DNA of 52,293 bases from a virus (lineage: Duplodnaviria; Caudoviricetes), in the IMG/VR virus record IMGVR_UViG_3300028595_000017, positions 1 to 52,293 of that record; one strand, given 5' to 3'. The first letter of the stretch is position 1. The number at the start of each line of letters is the position of its first letter. Below, piece by piece: positions 18,201 through 27,427 of the stretch. The position numbers were made by a program, and so were the translations under genes. The notes beneath the pieces were generated by a model. It ran no database searches, was not told the origin of the DNA, and saw nothing but the letters and a program-made list of their open reading frames with translations.

Positions 18201-20973
18201 TAAAACTAACGTTAAAGAATCACGTAAGTCCGAACAAATAGAAGAGGAATTAACTACGGCAGCAGAGCAAGCTGGCGAAATTATAATTGATGACTATAAT
18301 GATGCTGCTTTACATAGCTTAATAGAAGAGATAAAAATATTAGAGCGAGAATTAAAACACCCAATAGATTCTAGAACACAAGAAATGCTTGAAAAAAGAT
18401 TGGAACAAAATAGACAAGAATTAAAAGAATATGATGAAGGAAAATATATCATTATAGATCAACATGGGAACTATCACAGAATGGATAGTAACTCTGTTCA
18501 AATTACAGATGCTGTAAACCAAAAAGCAAGAGTTAAATCCTTAATTAAAGATGAAAGCGGTTTTATAACTGTTCCTATTACCGATTTAAAAAGTTGGTAT
18601 GAAGGTTATAAATCTTATAAAAATAGAACGATGCGTAGCGGTAATATACCAACAGGTTTTACTGAATATTATGCTAATGCGATGGGCTTTACTCATGCTC
18701 AAGCTGAATCAGTTCTAAAATATAATTATTTTTATCCAGGAGTTTATGACGGAGTAACAGCGATTCCTGGTGTAGGTACTCGCACAGGACATCAAGTTGA
18801 ACCAATCACACTTAAAGTATCTGCAGATTATGAAGTTTCTGGTTATGAAAATGTCGCGGATTGGGCTGGAGATGACATATATGTTGTAGCCCCTCCAGTA
18901 CGACAAGTTGCTACCTCATTGGGTGATGTAAATATTTATGATATTGGAGTAACCGCAGCTGATATGATGTTTTTACAACATATGAAAGTGCCTGAAAAGC
19001 CTTATAGTAATAGAAGTTATCGCACACAAGGTAGATATATTAGAGATCAACTTGGTGATGGCATGTTACATAGATTATATTTAGAATCACAACAGTCTCA
19101 TGCACAAGCTGCAAATATGCGTAATGAAGCGCAAAAGCACGCTGAAGCATTAAAAGATGTACCGGATAGTGTTTTAGAAGACATAGGTATTTTAATTCAA
19201 AGTAAAACACCTGAAGGTTTAGCGGTATTAATAGACGCTGGCTTATCTCATAAAATTGGAAACATTACAATACCTCCTGAATACAGTTGGGTCGAAGGTT
19301 ATGTTCGCTCAGAATACGCTGCTCTAGAAAACCAGATAAATCATGTAAATACAAGAACAAATAAAGCGCCATTTACAGATATAAATGATAATTATTTGTA
19401 TTTTATGTCAGCTGTTGGTGATTATACGAGTTTTGGGCAATATATTAATTTATATTCGGCGACGAATAATCATATCGTTGATTTTATGAAGCAAAAAAAG
19501 ATACCTTTAAAACATGCGGCTAGAGTTAAAGAAGGTGCTTTTCAATTAGAAACCAATGTTAAAGATATTTTAATTGACTTTCATTCCTTATCAGCTGATT
19601 ATATATCAAAACAACCTTTTCTTAGAAAGTGGAAAGTGCTTACAGAACCAATACCAATACAAGGACGTGCAGAACCATTTGATTTACGAAAAGAGAATCC
19701 TTTAGCTAATGAATATATACATAAATATTTAATGTCTGTTAAAGGTACTCACGAATTAAATTTAGGCATACCAGGATCTTTTAGACAAGGTGTTAATTGG
19801 GTACAAACAAAATTAGCTAATTCTACTTTAGCGGGAAATTTACGGACTATTTTAGTTCAAGGTTCTGTAGCAATAGATTTACCTATGCATGTTGAAATGC
19901 CTTATTTAGCTTTGGCTATGCAGAATTTTATTAAACCTAAGCAAATAGAACGAATTATAGAAGAGCAGAATAAGCGTTCAGCTCATCTTAGTACGAGAGA
20001 AGTAGATGCTATAATGAAAGATCTACAAAACCAAAAATTACGCAAAGGCCATCCAATTGTAGACACATTATTAAAAAGTTGGCCTGAACCTTTAAAAGAA
20101 GCTTTACGTAATGGTGATTATTATTCTATGTGGGCGGCAGCAAAAGCATTTAAAGCACTACAAGTACATGATATGTTTTGGGCTCGTTTTACACAACATG
20201 CCGCATATGAACAATACCGGCATAAAGGTTATAACAAAGACTGGGCTACTAAATTAGCTGACTGGACAACGATACAAGCTAATGCCAGTGGCGCACAAAT
20301 AGATGTAAGTCCTATGCAAACGCATTTATATGGACGATGGGCACATATGTTTACGACTTTTAAAATAAATAAAATTAATCAATATATAGATGCTTATAAA
20401 GGACAATTACCACGTGGAAAATGGGAATATGGTTTATACCAATTAGCTGCTACAGCATTTTTAGCCCATTTTACAGAGAATGTTTTAGATGTACGTTCTC
20501 CAGAAGCTGCCTTATTACAGGCAGCGGCTGATGAGTTTTATAAAGGATCTGCTTTAGGAACTCTTATAGATCTTAGTAATGAAATAGCTAATCAAACGAT
20601 TCCTTTTTATAATCAAGACGGAATTACTCCTGGCGCTTTAGCTATGCATATGATTAATGTAGGTCAGGCTATTGGTGGAAAAGCTCATGGAACCACTGTT
20701 GATTTATATATTGATAATACCTGGGTTAAAGTACCAGCAGAATTGATTGCTATGTTAACTATTGGCGTTGGTGTAAGTCAAGGTAAGAGAATATATTGGG
20801 GTACGCAAGGCATGGAAAAACGAGATATCCCAAAGGATGTTGCAATTCGGCAAATGATATTAGGTGCTGCTCAAAATTACCGAACACCAAAAGAACAAAA
20901 ACGCTGGGAACGCAATGTGAAAAGACAACGACGACATGTTAAAGATAGAATAAAAATAAAACATTATTATTAG
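15217..20973 (+). CDS. Large internal virion/ejection protein (1918 aa)
   Basis: Last gene of the structural operon; C-terminal amphipathic region (..AHMFTTFKIN..) typical of large podovirus ejection proteins; internal repeats. Confidence 0.65.
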   Translation: MAENNKKNKINNDGELGLKLDDTYKQVPIDMLTSDKRGYEESLSSPDLLQHTSNFVGNIAYGADSIIDELSGLSSIGPQSKDYKDYPERPLHEQNYLEAFNQDFWHRMQLAKGDYVKNGEQLEPPGIAGDLAVSITKNLGHLATYGLVATPITIATLLENIALSGINLSLLDSDVNISLIDPQIRRDNFNDPNQTDISIKNDLIDPADVASKVSLDKLNSPLQVTMPDGRKQYIKDAEDFLNFIKTNYDFETANKKSYYLAAQHEWLFRQAMKPWDLVKHSETKVVKVPPIYTLYDKNKAFEFEGDTRYPVVLDDKKQIVQFNSAADAQRYIDADKKTRSEYIMDATQQEYWAVATDDNLLQNEDGTIQQFDSADKAYEHISANNMIKPGQRLSDVLQWGLEKAMIPVEAASDYIVPAHLHPAAHAWVKEALTVASFKVVTGSANKITHKIVERRAARSLKKSEESFTEGSKEFKNLKGTEEFFWEAVVDGDKVNGTMQAKNQKAAEQMVREVMNLPDARIEPRKQRVEAVAKSDEKIKPTDPEAKKQRRQMNAKVIQEPKIVANLYDGMKVKAHEAYSRIQEAENNGSGALWEDRKLVDSYRKILEKGDFKDSVFEEYFTPKTEMTSKLSEKESQKVKQGAIDAKGKTVTQKTDKSKSDDTAQSSAKKKAETETKEKKTAKKPPLNTYAYHGYNKTTLQSEYGVIEATSLRDAKKISREKFFNSELYEVSIRQTLKQFTTDILSNAFQGQTFQKRIKYVQYDTPSNIIANKHIKSEGAFKVYFSNGTPTRIDVNPNVFKNKATRGSINYDNWREVVGKELINTPFAEVPIHIKGSRLSGVTATTLYQLQQNIISSADIKADGTHAVNTAELTDFLNITDISTGLTDPIKAYSRYNSIMPAHIKRGVWGLEIEGKELTMKNAKGKKVPVRFKSHEAAADYISTISIIKYGPPGNQRYICGSTRSPMNIPNNTNKSHYNAETEAPEITERRNDLVNKTNVKESRKSEQIEEELTTAAEQAGEIIIDDYNDAALHSLIEEIKILERELKHPIDSRTQEMLEKRLEQNRQELKEYDEGKYIIIDQHGNYHRMDSNSVQITDAVNQKARVKSLIKDESGFITVPITDLKSWYEGYKSYKNRTMRSGNIPTGFTEYYANAMGFTHAQAESVLKYNYFYPGVYDGVTAIPGVGTRTGHQVEPITLKVSADYEVSGYENVADWAGDDIYVVAPPVRQVATSLGDVNIYDIGVTAADMMFLQHMKVPEKPYSNRSYRTQGRYIRDQLGDGMLHRLYLESQQSHAQAANMRNEAQKHAEALKDVPDSVLEDIGILIQSKTPEGLAVLIDAGLSHKIGNITIPPEYSWVEGYVRSEYAALENQINHVNTRTNKAPFTDINDNYLYFMSAVGDYTSFGQYINLYSATNNHIVDFMKQKKIPLKHAARVKEGAFQLETNVKDILIDFHSLSADYISKQPFLRKWKVLTEPIPIQGRAEPFDLRKENPLANEYIHKYLMSVKGTHELNLGIPGSFRQGVNWVQTKLANSTLAGNLRTILVQGSVAIDLPMHVEMPYLALAMQNFIKPKQIERIIEEQNKRSAHLSTREVDAIMKDLQNQKLRKGHPIVDTLLKSWPEPLKEALRNGDYYSMWAAAKAFKALQVHDMFWARFTQHAAYEQYRHKGYNKDWATKLADWTTIQANASGAQIDVSPMQTHLYGRWAHMFTTFKINKINQYIDAYKGQLPRGKWEYGLYQLAATAFLAHFTENVLDVRSPEAALLQAAADEFYKGSALGTLIDLSNEIANQTIPFYNQDGITPGALAMHMINVGQAIGGKAHGTTVDLYIDNTWVKVPAELIAMLTIGVGVSQGKRIYWGTQGMEKRDIPKDVAIRQMILGAAQNYRTPKEQKRWERNVKRQRRHVKDRIKIKHYY
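18207..18227. promoter_or_regulatory. Genome-wide 21-bp double-palindrome site (intragenic, degenerate)
   Basis: TAACGTTA-AAGAA-TCACGTAA inside the 1918-aa gene. Confidence 0.5.
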
Positions 20974-21338
20974 ATTTGTGTAGTAATTTCGTCATGAATA
21001 AGTTGTAAACAAAATTTATAGAATGAATAAGATGCTTGCTCTAATTCGCTAATTTTACGTAATATGAAGATTAAGGAGCTGATTAAAGTTGATATTGTTT
21101 GATCTATCTCAATATCATTTTGATCAGCTTCTGCTATTTGTTTAGCTAATGTGATTAATAAATTAGCTTTTTTTAACCATTTCTGATGCACTGGTTGATC
21201 CCAAGCAACATCTAAAATATCCTCTACATAATAAAGACACACATCATTTCCATTAATTACTTTATCAGTTATATCAACGTGTTGTTTTTTACATATAATA
21301 GTGTGTAATAGATTAGCTAGAAATTTTGGATCATTCAT
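20970..21338 (-). CDS. Hypothetical protein
   Basis: ATG 21338 with GGGAG SD; last gene of the - strand arm, converging on the giant gene. Confidence 0.6.
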   Translation of the reverse strand: MNDPKFLANLLHTIICKKQHVDITDKVINGNDVCLYYVEDILDVAWDQPVHQKWLKKANLLITLAKQIAEADQNDIEIDQTISTLISSLIFILRKISELEQASYSFYKFCLQLIHDEITTQI

Positions 21339-21339
21339 T

Positions 21340-22497
21340 TTATAATTCTCCCATATATTTAGCAATTACTGTACCATTTGATTCTACCAATTTAACTTGG
21401 CCAGCTTTTTGTAATGAAATCAATGTGTCTTTAAAAAAAGCTTGTGTCATAGTATTAATGCAACTTGCACGCAATAGTCGTACATCAATATCACCTGCTG
21501 CTTTTATTCTACTAATTAAATCAACTCTTTCTGATAATTCATTCATGGTACTGGAAATATCACTGAACACTAAATTATAAGATTGTTCTAATCTATCCAT
21601 GCAATTTATTGCTCTAATTATCATATCTTTAGTGACTATGTTTGTTCCTTTCATACAAGCAAAAACTATGCATAATTTAAATATCATTAATTCTCTACGT
21701 TGCCATGTATAATCAAAACGCCGACCATAAGGACATACAATTGGTTTACTTAAATAATACTTTTCGTAATATTCATAAGCTGTTTTGTTAAATTTTATAG
21801 GGCCAGTCATACACATCATTTGTTCTAGGTCATACTTTAAATTAGATAAAATAGCTTTATCAACTTCTGGTCTTGCGACTTTTTTCGCAATAGGGCCAGC
21901 GCCAACTAAAATAAAACGAGAAATCATTCCAGATTCTTTTATTCCTATAGGCGAAGTTGCTAGAGTGCTGGGTTGTGTTGCTCCGATTAAAGATACCCAA
22001 ATATTTGATAATTGTGGCTCATCTCTGGATAAAACACCATAATCGAATATTTTCCTACAGTCAAAAAATTGAAGTAACCAAGATAATTTTCTATCATCAT
22101 CTTGAATAAAAGAAGTTAATTCTTGAAAAACTCCTGCTACACTGGTGTGTAAATAATCACCATTATTATATTCAAAAGTAGTTTCAGCATTTGACATTTG
22201 CCTATAAACATATTCAATAGAACCGGCGTCAGGTAAAAAAGTTATGTTTAAATTATCAAGTACATAATCACACATTAAATCAAGACAACAACCTTTTCTA
22301 GCAGCAGGCGGTCCTACTAAAGCTATAAAAAAGTTTGGGTATATTACAAGAGAGCCCAATTCTAGCCAAACTTTTCTTTGTAACACAGCTGATATTGAAA
22401 AAATTCCAGTCCATTCAAAATATAATTTACACGGTTCTTGAATTTTAAAACATTTAATATAATCATTTAAATAGTCTGTACATTTTCTTTTTGACAT
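21340..22497 (-). CDS. DUF3987/YfjI-like AAA+ helicase
   Basis: Walker A-like VGPPAARKG, Walker B-like VFQEL, IGATQP, SGMISRF Arg finger; C-terminal winged-helix-like segment. Confidence 0.75.
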   Translation of the reverse strand: MSKRKCTDYLNDYIKCFKIQEPCKLYFEWTGIFSISAVLQRKVWLELGSLVIYPNFFIALVGPPAARKGCCLDLMCDYVLDNLNITFLPDAGSIEYVYRQMSNAETTFEYNNGDYLHTSVAGVFQELTSFIQDDDRKLSWLLQFFDCRKIFDYGVLSRDEPQLSNIWVSLIGATQPSTLATSPIGIKESGMISRFILVGAGPIAKKVARPEVDKAILSNLKYDLEQMMCMTGPIKFNKTAYEYYEKYYLSKPIVCPYGRRFDYTWQRRELMIFKLCIVFACMKGTNIVTKDMIIRAINCMDRLEQSYNLVFSDISSTMNELSERVDLISRIKAAGDIDVRLLRASCINTMTQAFFKDTLISLQKAGQVKLVESNGTVIAKYMGEL

Positions 22498-24977
22498 ACT
22501 AACTCCCAAGCTTGTTTTAAGTGTTCAGGATTTAACCCTTCGTTAAAATGGTCGTTAAATTCTATGCCATGTTTTTTAACAGTCAGTGTTTTGCTTAAAG
22601 AAACATTAGCGGGTATAACAAATGATCGTCCTTCTGGAGTTTGTAATGGTGTTTCCATTTGATCTGTAATTCGTTTAAGTTGATGACATAAAGATGTCCA
22701 TTCATCTATATCTTTAGGTATTTTAAATTGAAAAACAACTTCGTCATGTATTTGTAATTTTAATTGTAAAGCTTTTCGTGAATCATAATCATTATAATTA
22801 AATATAATAGCATCTCGATTTATTTTATCGCCTACTGTACTTTGTGGATTAAAAGCAAAACCATCACGAAAAGTTTTAGTCTCTAATTTTTTACGACAAT
22901 ACCAAGTTCGTCCTAGAAGATTGGTTAGTTTACGCCCATTAGTTAATTGATTAATAACACCTTTTTGATATACGTTAACTACTCCAGGATTGTGCCTAAA
23001 ATAAATTGTTTGTATTTGTTTTGCTGCGGTTTCTTTCATATCGTTTTCTAATGCAAAACCTTTGACAGACCAACCATAGTTAAAACCGTGATTCATTTGC
23101 TTTGCAACATCTCGCCATGATTTACCTACTATACTTAAAGGACACACATCTTTTTTTACATTAACAGTATTTACAATATTTGGAGCAATGTTATTAACTA
23201 AAATATAGGCAGATTGTGTGTGTACATCACCGCCAACTCGTTCAAATTCTGCTATCATCTCTTCACATTTACCTAAATAAGCGACAATACGATTTTCCGC
23301 TTGACTAAAATCTATAGAAATAAAACCATGATTAGGTGTATCAGGTATTAAAATTTCTCGTAAATTTTTAGGCCAATTTTGCATATTCATGCCTGTACCT
23401 AAAGGACTTGTTACAGATGAAAATCTTGCCCAAATAGTGCCTGCTGGACTCATTGTAAAAATAATTTTACCATTGGGGCTTACGATACTTTCTTTTAAAT
23501 AATTTGAATAAATTTTTCTGTGCTTTCGACAGTTTTGTATAAAGTCAATACCACGTGTACCGTTTCGACGCATTCTTTTCAAAGCTGTTTTATCAAACGA
23601 AAAACCTTTACCAGTTTTTCCTTTATATAGCTTTGTTTGTTTCAACGCATAAAATTCAATTAATTGTTTATTTGAATGTGGGTTTAATTCGATTCCAGCA
23701 AAATCATGCAATTTTTTTAAATAAATCTGTTCTTGTTCTTTATGATATTCAGCTAATTGGCGCATTCGTTTTATGTTACAGTTTAAGCCACTTCGTTGAG
23801 CACTTAATAAAGGTTTAATTAAAGCACATTGCGCTTCAAAAATAGGTTTGTTATCAAGCGCGTCTAAATCACTTAACATATTTTTCATCGCAAGTAAAGT
23901 AGCCATAGAATCCATAGCAGCATAGGTAAAAAAATTAGACCAATCTGAACCGGTATCAAAAAATTTTTTGCCTTCTGCTTTATAGTATTGAAAGGGTGTG
24001 TATAAACTAGTTATTATATCAAGACCGCGTTTAAAACCAGACCAATTTAATCTTTGTGCAATCATAGTATCCCAAAGAGGTCCTTGTGGAATAATACCGT
24101 AGCAATACCATAATACAAAATAATCATACCAACCACCTTGAGTAACTTTTAAAATACAGTTATCTTCTAAAATATGTTGGTATAATTCTAAAAGCATTGT
24201 TTCTGTAGTTTTTGTAAAAGATAATCCTTGTGCATCCATGAAATTAATACACATAGAGACATTGTTAACAGCCATACTGAAACAAGATATTGTTGTATCA
24301 GGCGTTGCATAGTGTATGGTTTCAATATCATGAGCAATTCTTTCGCCTTTTAATCCTTCACTTTTACAATATTTTAAAAAATCCATAGCTGATTTTTTAG
24401 ATGGTCTTATGATTAGTTCAACATCATTAGCAGCTTTTTGCAAAGCTTTAATAGCAATACCTCTTTTAAAATCTTTAAAAACTAAAAAGCGATTTTGCCA
24501 TTGATCTGAATATTGTTCTATATGTTTTGGGTGATAAGTAGGCATTACTGGAATATCGGTTCCTATTAAAGATAATGGTGAACCTCTATATTTTGTAATG
24601 CCTGTTAATTCTGTTAATGCATATAAAGCAACTTCACCGAGTGCAAAAATAACTTTAGGACGAAGCTTACTTAAACTATTGCGAAGTTGGTTTATATAGG
24701 CGACACCCTCTTCAGATAGGCGTGGTTTTTTATCTAAATTAATGTATTGTTTTAAAGGTTTGTCTGCATCCATTATAACATTAAGAAGAAGACAATCACT
24801 TCTAACAATTCCTAACTGTCCTAAAATATCCCATAATAATTTACTAGTATCGCCTAGAAACGGTTTTCTATGAATTAATTCATTCCGGCTTGGTTGATCT
24901 CCGATAATAATGTACAAACTACTGTAATTATCGTTAGCTGGTACAAAAGTTCTTGTTTTATTTATATTTTTAAACAT
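22467..24977 (-). CDS. polA: Family A DNA polymerase with N-terminal uracil-DNA glycosylase-like domain and 3'-5' exonuclease
   Basis: UDG-like GDQPS..E...KPFLG and PTYHP; exo HDIET, YD, YAAMD; Pol motifs DFSQAENR, RDVAKQMNHGFNYG, QIHDE. Confidence 0.92.
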   Translation of the reverse strand: MFKNINKTRTFVPANDNYSSLYIIIGDQPSRNELIHRKPFLGDTSKLLWDILGQLGIVRSDCLLLNVIMDADKPLKQYINLDKKPRLSEEGVAYINQLRNSLSKLRPKVIFALGEVALYALTELTGITKYRGSPLSLIGTDIPVMPTYHPKHIEQYSDQWQNRFLVFKDFKRGIAIKALQKAANDVELIIRPSKKSAMDFLKYCKSEGLKGERIAHDIETIHYATPDTTISCFSMAVNNVSMCINFMDAQGLSFTKTTETMLLELYQHILEDNCILKVTQGGWYDYFVLWYCYGIIPQGPLWDTMIAQRLNWSGFKRGLDIITSLYTPFQYYKAEGKKFFDTGSDWSNFFTYAAMDSMATLLAMKNMLSDLDALDNKPIFEAQCALIKPLLSAQRSGLNCNIKRMRQLAEYHKEQEQIYLKKLHDFAGIELNPHSNKQLIEFYALKQTKLYKGKTGKGFSFDKTALKRMRRNGTRGIDFIQNCRKHRKIYSNYLKESIVSPNGKIIFTMSPAGTIWARFSSVTSPLGTGMNMQNWPKNLREILIPDTPNHGFISIDFSQAENRIVAYLGKCEEMIAEFERVGGDVHTQSAYILVNNIAPNIVNTVNVKKDVCPLSIVGKSWRDVAKQMNHGFNYGWSVKGFALENDMKETAAKQIQTIYFRHNPGVVNVYQKGVINQLTNGRKLTNLLGRTWYCRKKLETKTFRDGFAFNPQSTVGDKINRDAIIFNYNDYDSRKALQLKLQIHDEVVFQFKIPKDIDEWTSLCHQLKRITDQMETPLQTPEGRSFVIPANVSLSKTLTVKKHGIEFNDHFNEGLNPEHLKQAWELVCQKENVQTI

Positions 24978-24988
24978 TTTTTAACCTC

Positions 24989-25009
24989 TATCGTTATTGA
25001 TTAACATTA
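24989..25009. promoter_or_regulatory. Genome-wide 21-bp double-palindrome site
   Basis: TATCGTTA-TTGAT-TAACATTA; overlaps the ParB-MTase stop codon, upstream of the polA SD. Confidence 0.7.
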
Positions 25010-26457
25010 GAGATTTCGGTTATTTGCGCATTAACTAATAATGGAAATTTATCTACATATGTATTCGATAAATCCCATCCAATAGCTGTACGAAAAGTTC
25101 TAAAAGCTGATAGTATAGTTTGACCAGAACCCCCAAAAGGTACACAAACATGCCCACCTGGTTTACAAAAAGTATCTATTACTTCAGCCATTAAAGCATG
25201 TGGTCGTTGTGCCCGATGAATACGTTGTGTTGAAGGCACTAAATTATACTCAAAAACATTAAAATGTCCGGTTTTATTCAATATTGCTTGTGAATTTTTG
25301 TTACCATAAATAAACATATCAATTCTTGCTGTTAATCTATGTTGCGGTTGGTTTGCAGCACCTGTTGGCTTTAACCAATAACCAGGCATTTCGTAAACAT
25401 TTAAACCATTATTTACGTATTTATAAGCATGTTGTTTTTGTGCAATCATTTTTTGTAAGTCATTTTTACGCAAACCTTTGAATATTTGTTTTGTAACTTC
25501 AGTCCAAGAAGGAGAATGCCAGCAAATAAACCAACCGGTCGGTTTTAAAACTCGTAACACTTGTTTATTTATTTCGTACAATGTATCTATATATAATTCT
25601 GGAGACATCTCTATATACTGATCACTTTGTTTTGTTTTTTGATTATTATCCAAATCTATTGCGTAAGGTGGGTCTATCTCAAAAAAATCTACAGATTCAT
25701 CATTAAGCTTTTCAAGCCCATCCAAACAATTACCTTTGTGAAAAGCTTTAAGAATGGTTTTTTTATAACTATTTAAAGAAGTTTGTTCAGCTTCCATTCT
25801 AGCTTTAGCATTACGTCCTTCTATAATTTTCCTAGCTTCAGCAGCTTTAGATTTTAAATCTTTTTGCGATTTGATATCTGAAGGTTTAAATCCCAACGAT
25901 ATCATAAGTTCATAATTACTGAGATCTTGTGAAATTTTTGGCCTAGACACATTCAACATTTTAGCTGTATCTGCCATAGTATGGCCTTTGGCACTAGATG
26001 TAACTTTTCTACCCTTCTTTTTAACCATATATCTATGCAAAAATTGTTCTTGTTCAATTAATTCACCATATTCCAATGGCTTTGTATGCGCATTTTCCCA
26101 ATTTTCATACATTGGAAATAACATGGATTCATAAGATCTGATTAAAAGAGATACTCTAACAGTTTTAAATTCATCATTAGCTTTTTGTAGAAGATTTAAA
26201 GCACTAAAACGTCTGCCTCCTGCAATAAGTCTGTATGTATATCCATCAGTTTGACATTGTTGCAAATCTGCTATATCATCTTCTTCATCTGCTGTTTTTA
26301 ATGCTTCTTCTATATTTTGCACTAAAATCGGATTAATTAAGCCACCTTCTAAAATGCTCTCAGCTAAATCTTCTATCCCAACATACACTTTTCGTGTACG
26401 TAATTTGCCAAAAGCAATTTGTTCAAACGAAACATTTATTGTCTTAAAAAATGTCAT
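24994..26457 (-). CDS. ParB-domain/HTH - DNA amino-methyltransferase fusion
   Basis: ParB boxes IEDLAESILEGGLINPILV and LIAGGRR, EN motif, HTH TMADTAKMLNVSRPKISQDL; MTase motif IV DPPY before motif I PFGGSG (beta-class order). Confidence 0.88.
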   Translation of the reverse strand: MTFFKTINVSFEQIAFGKLRTRKVYVGIEDLAESILEGGLINPILVQNIEEALKTADEEDDIADLQQCQTDGYTYRLIAGGRRFSALNLLQKANDEFKTVRVSLLIRSYESMLFPMYENWENAHTKPLEYGELIEQEQFLHRYMVKKKGRKVTSSAKGHTMADTAKMLNVSRPKISQDLSNYELMISLGFKPSDIKSQKDLKSKAAEARKIIEGRNAKARMEAEQTSLNSYKKTILKAFHKGNCLDGLEKLNDESVDFFEIDPPYAIDLDNNQKTKQSDQYIEMSPELYIDTLYEINKQVLRVLKPTGWFICWHSPSWTEVTKQIFKGLRKNDLQKMIAQKQHAYKYVNNGLNVYEMPGYWLKPTGAANQPQHRLTARIDMFIYGNKNSQAILNKTGHFNVFEYNLVPSTQRIHRAQRPHALMAEVIDTFCKPGGHVCVPFGGSGQTILSAFRTFRTAIGWDLSNTYVDKFPLLVNAQITEISNVNQ

Positions 26458-26669
26458 TCTTTATTCTCCTTTTTTTGAACCAAACCTTTTTCTAATAACG
26501 CTTGTAAAACTTGTTCTATATTAGAACTGTATGAAGCTTTACTCGTTACTTTTGTTTTAGTTGTTTTCTTTGTAACTTTCTTATCTTTTGTTATTTTTTT
26601 CTTTTTTTCAGCATAACGTTGTTCTAAATATTTTAAACGTAAATTTCTATAATAAGATATATTATTCAT
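26454..26669 (-). CDS. Small basic hypothetical protein
   Basis: Lys-rich 71-aa ORF coupled to its neighbours. Confidence 0.55.
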   Translation of the reverse strand: MNNISYYRNLRLKYLEQRYAEKKKKITKDKKVTKKTTKTKVTSKASYSSNIEQVLQALLEKGLVQKKENKE

Positions 26670-26671
26670 GT

Positions 26672-26887
26672 TTATGCCTCGGCTAAAGTACTTTTATTTA
26701 CAGTTAACTTCACATTAAAAAGCCCAGCAGCCATAACAGTACAAAGCACCTTGGGATCAATATCTTCCGCTAAATGCCGCATATGATCAATAAAAGAATT
26801 AAACAATTTTTTTAAATCTCCATGTGAAGAATTTTTAAATAAGAATTGTCTATTTTCCTCTGTTAAGACAACTGTTGTTTTGCTCAT
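26672..26887 (-). CDS. Small protein, possible ribbon-helix-helix DNA binder
   Basis: ATG 26887 with GGAG SD; beta-strand KTTVVL followed by two helices. Confidence 0.5.
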   Translation of the reverse strand: MSKTTVVLTEENRQFLFKNSSHGDLKKLFNSFIDHMRHLAEDIDPKVLCTVMAAGLFNVKLTVNKSTLAEA

Positions 26888-26947
26888 TTTAAAACTCCAA
26901 AATGACAGATTACCTGTGAGATAATCTGTCATTCATTTAGGTAATTG

Positions 26948-27421
26948 TTATTCTTGGTCAATAATGAATTTTTTGATTACAAAACGTGTACCAAAAATTG
27001 GATGATCGTCTTTTCCTATTTGGCAGAAACCACGATGCCCGCCCCAGTCTGCTACAGGCAATGAAGGATCAATATTAAAACATTTACGAATTTTACTGAT
27101 TTGTATTGACATTTTACGCTTTTGGTTGTCTTTAATATTTGAGTCTTTGTGTGGAATGCCAACATAATTTTCAATGTTGTCATAATTTGAAGGATCAGCC
27201 ACCGCATTCGGTGCGGGTGCCAATAACAACATTCCATAATACTTACCATCTTTAGTGGATATAATGCCGCCATTTTTTGCTTTTTTCCAGCCTACGATTT
27301 CCAATTCCATTTCACCGGATGGATAATCTTCAAACGGCGTATCATCAAAATCCATATCATCCATTGATACATTTTCGATAACTGCATCATAGTTATCATT
27401 GTCTACATACTCGTCACCCAT
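26948..27421 (-). CDS. Single-stranded DNA-binding protein (DUF669-like, putative)
   Basis: Acidic N-terminus, PSGEMELEI, ..DWGGHRG..IKKF; adjacent to the Sak4-like ATPase. Confidence 0.6.
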   Translation of the reverse strand: MGDEYVDNDNYDAVIENVSMDDMDFDDTPFEDYPSGEMELEIVGWKKAKNGGIISTKDGKYYGMLLLAPAPNAVADPSNYDNIENYVGIPHKDSNIKDNQKRKMSIQISKIRKCFNIDPSLPVADWGGHRGFCQIGKDDHPIFGTRFVIKKFIIDQE

Positions 27422-27427
27422 GATAAA

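Noticed and set aside
24994-26457. ParB domain as evidence of a plasmid-prophage partition system
   Set aside because: No ParA or replication initiator recognised; the domain is fused to a methyltransferase.
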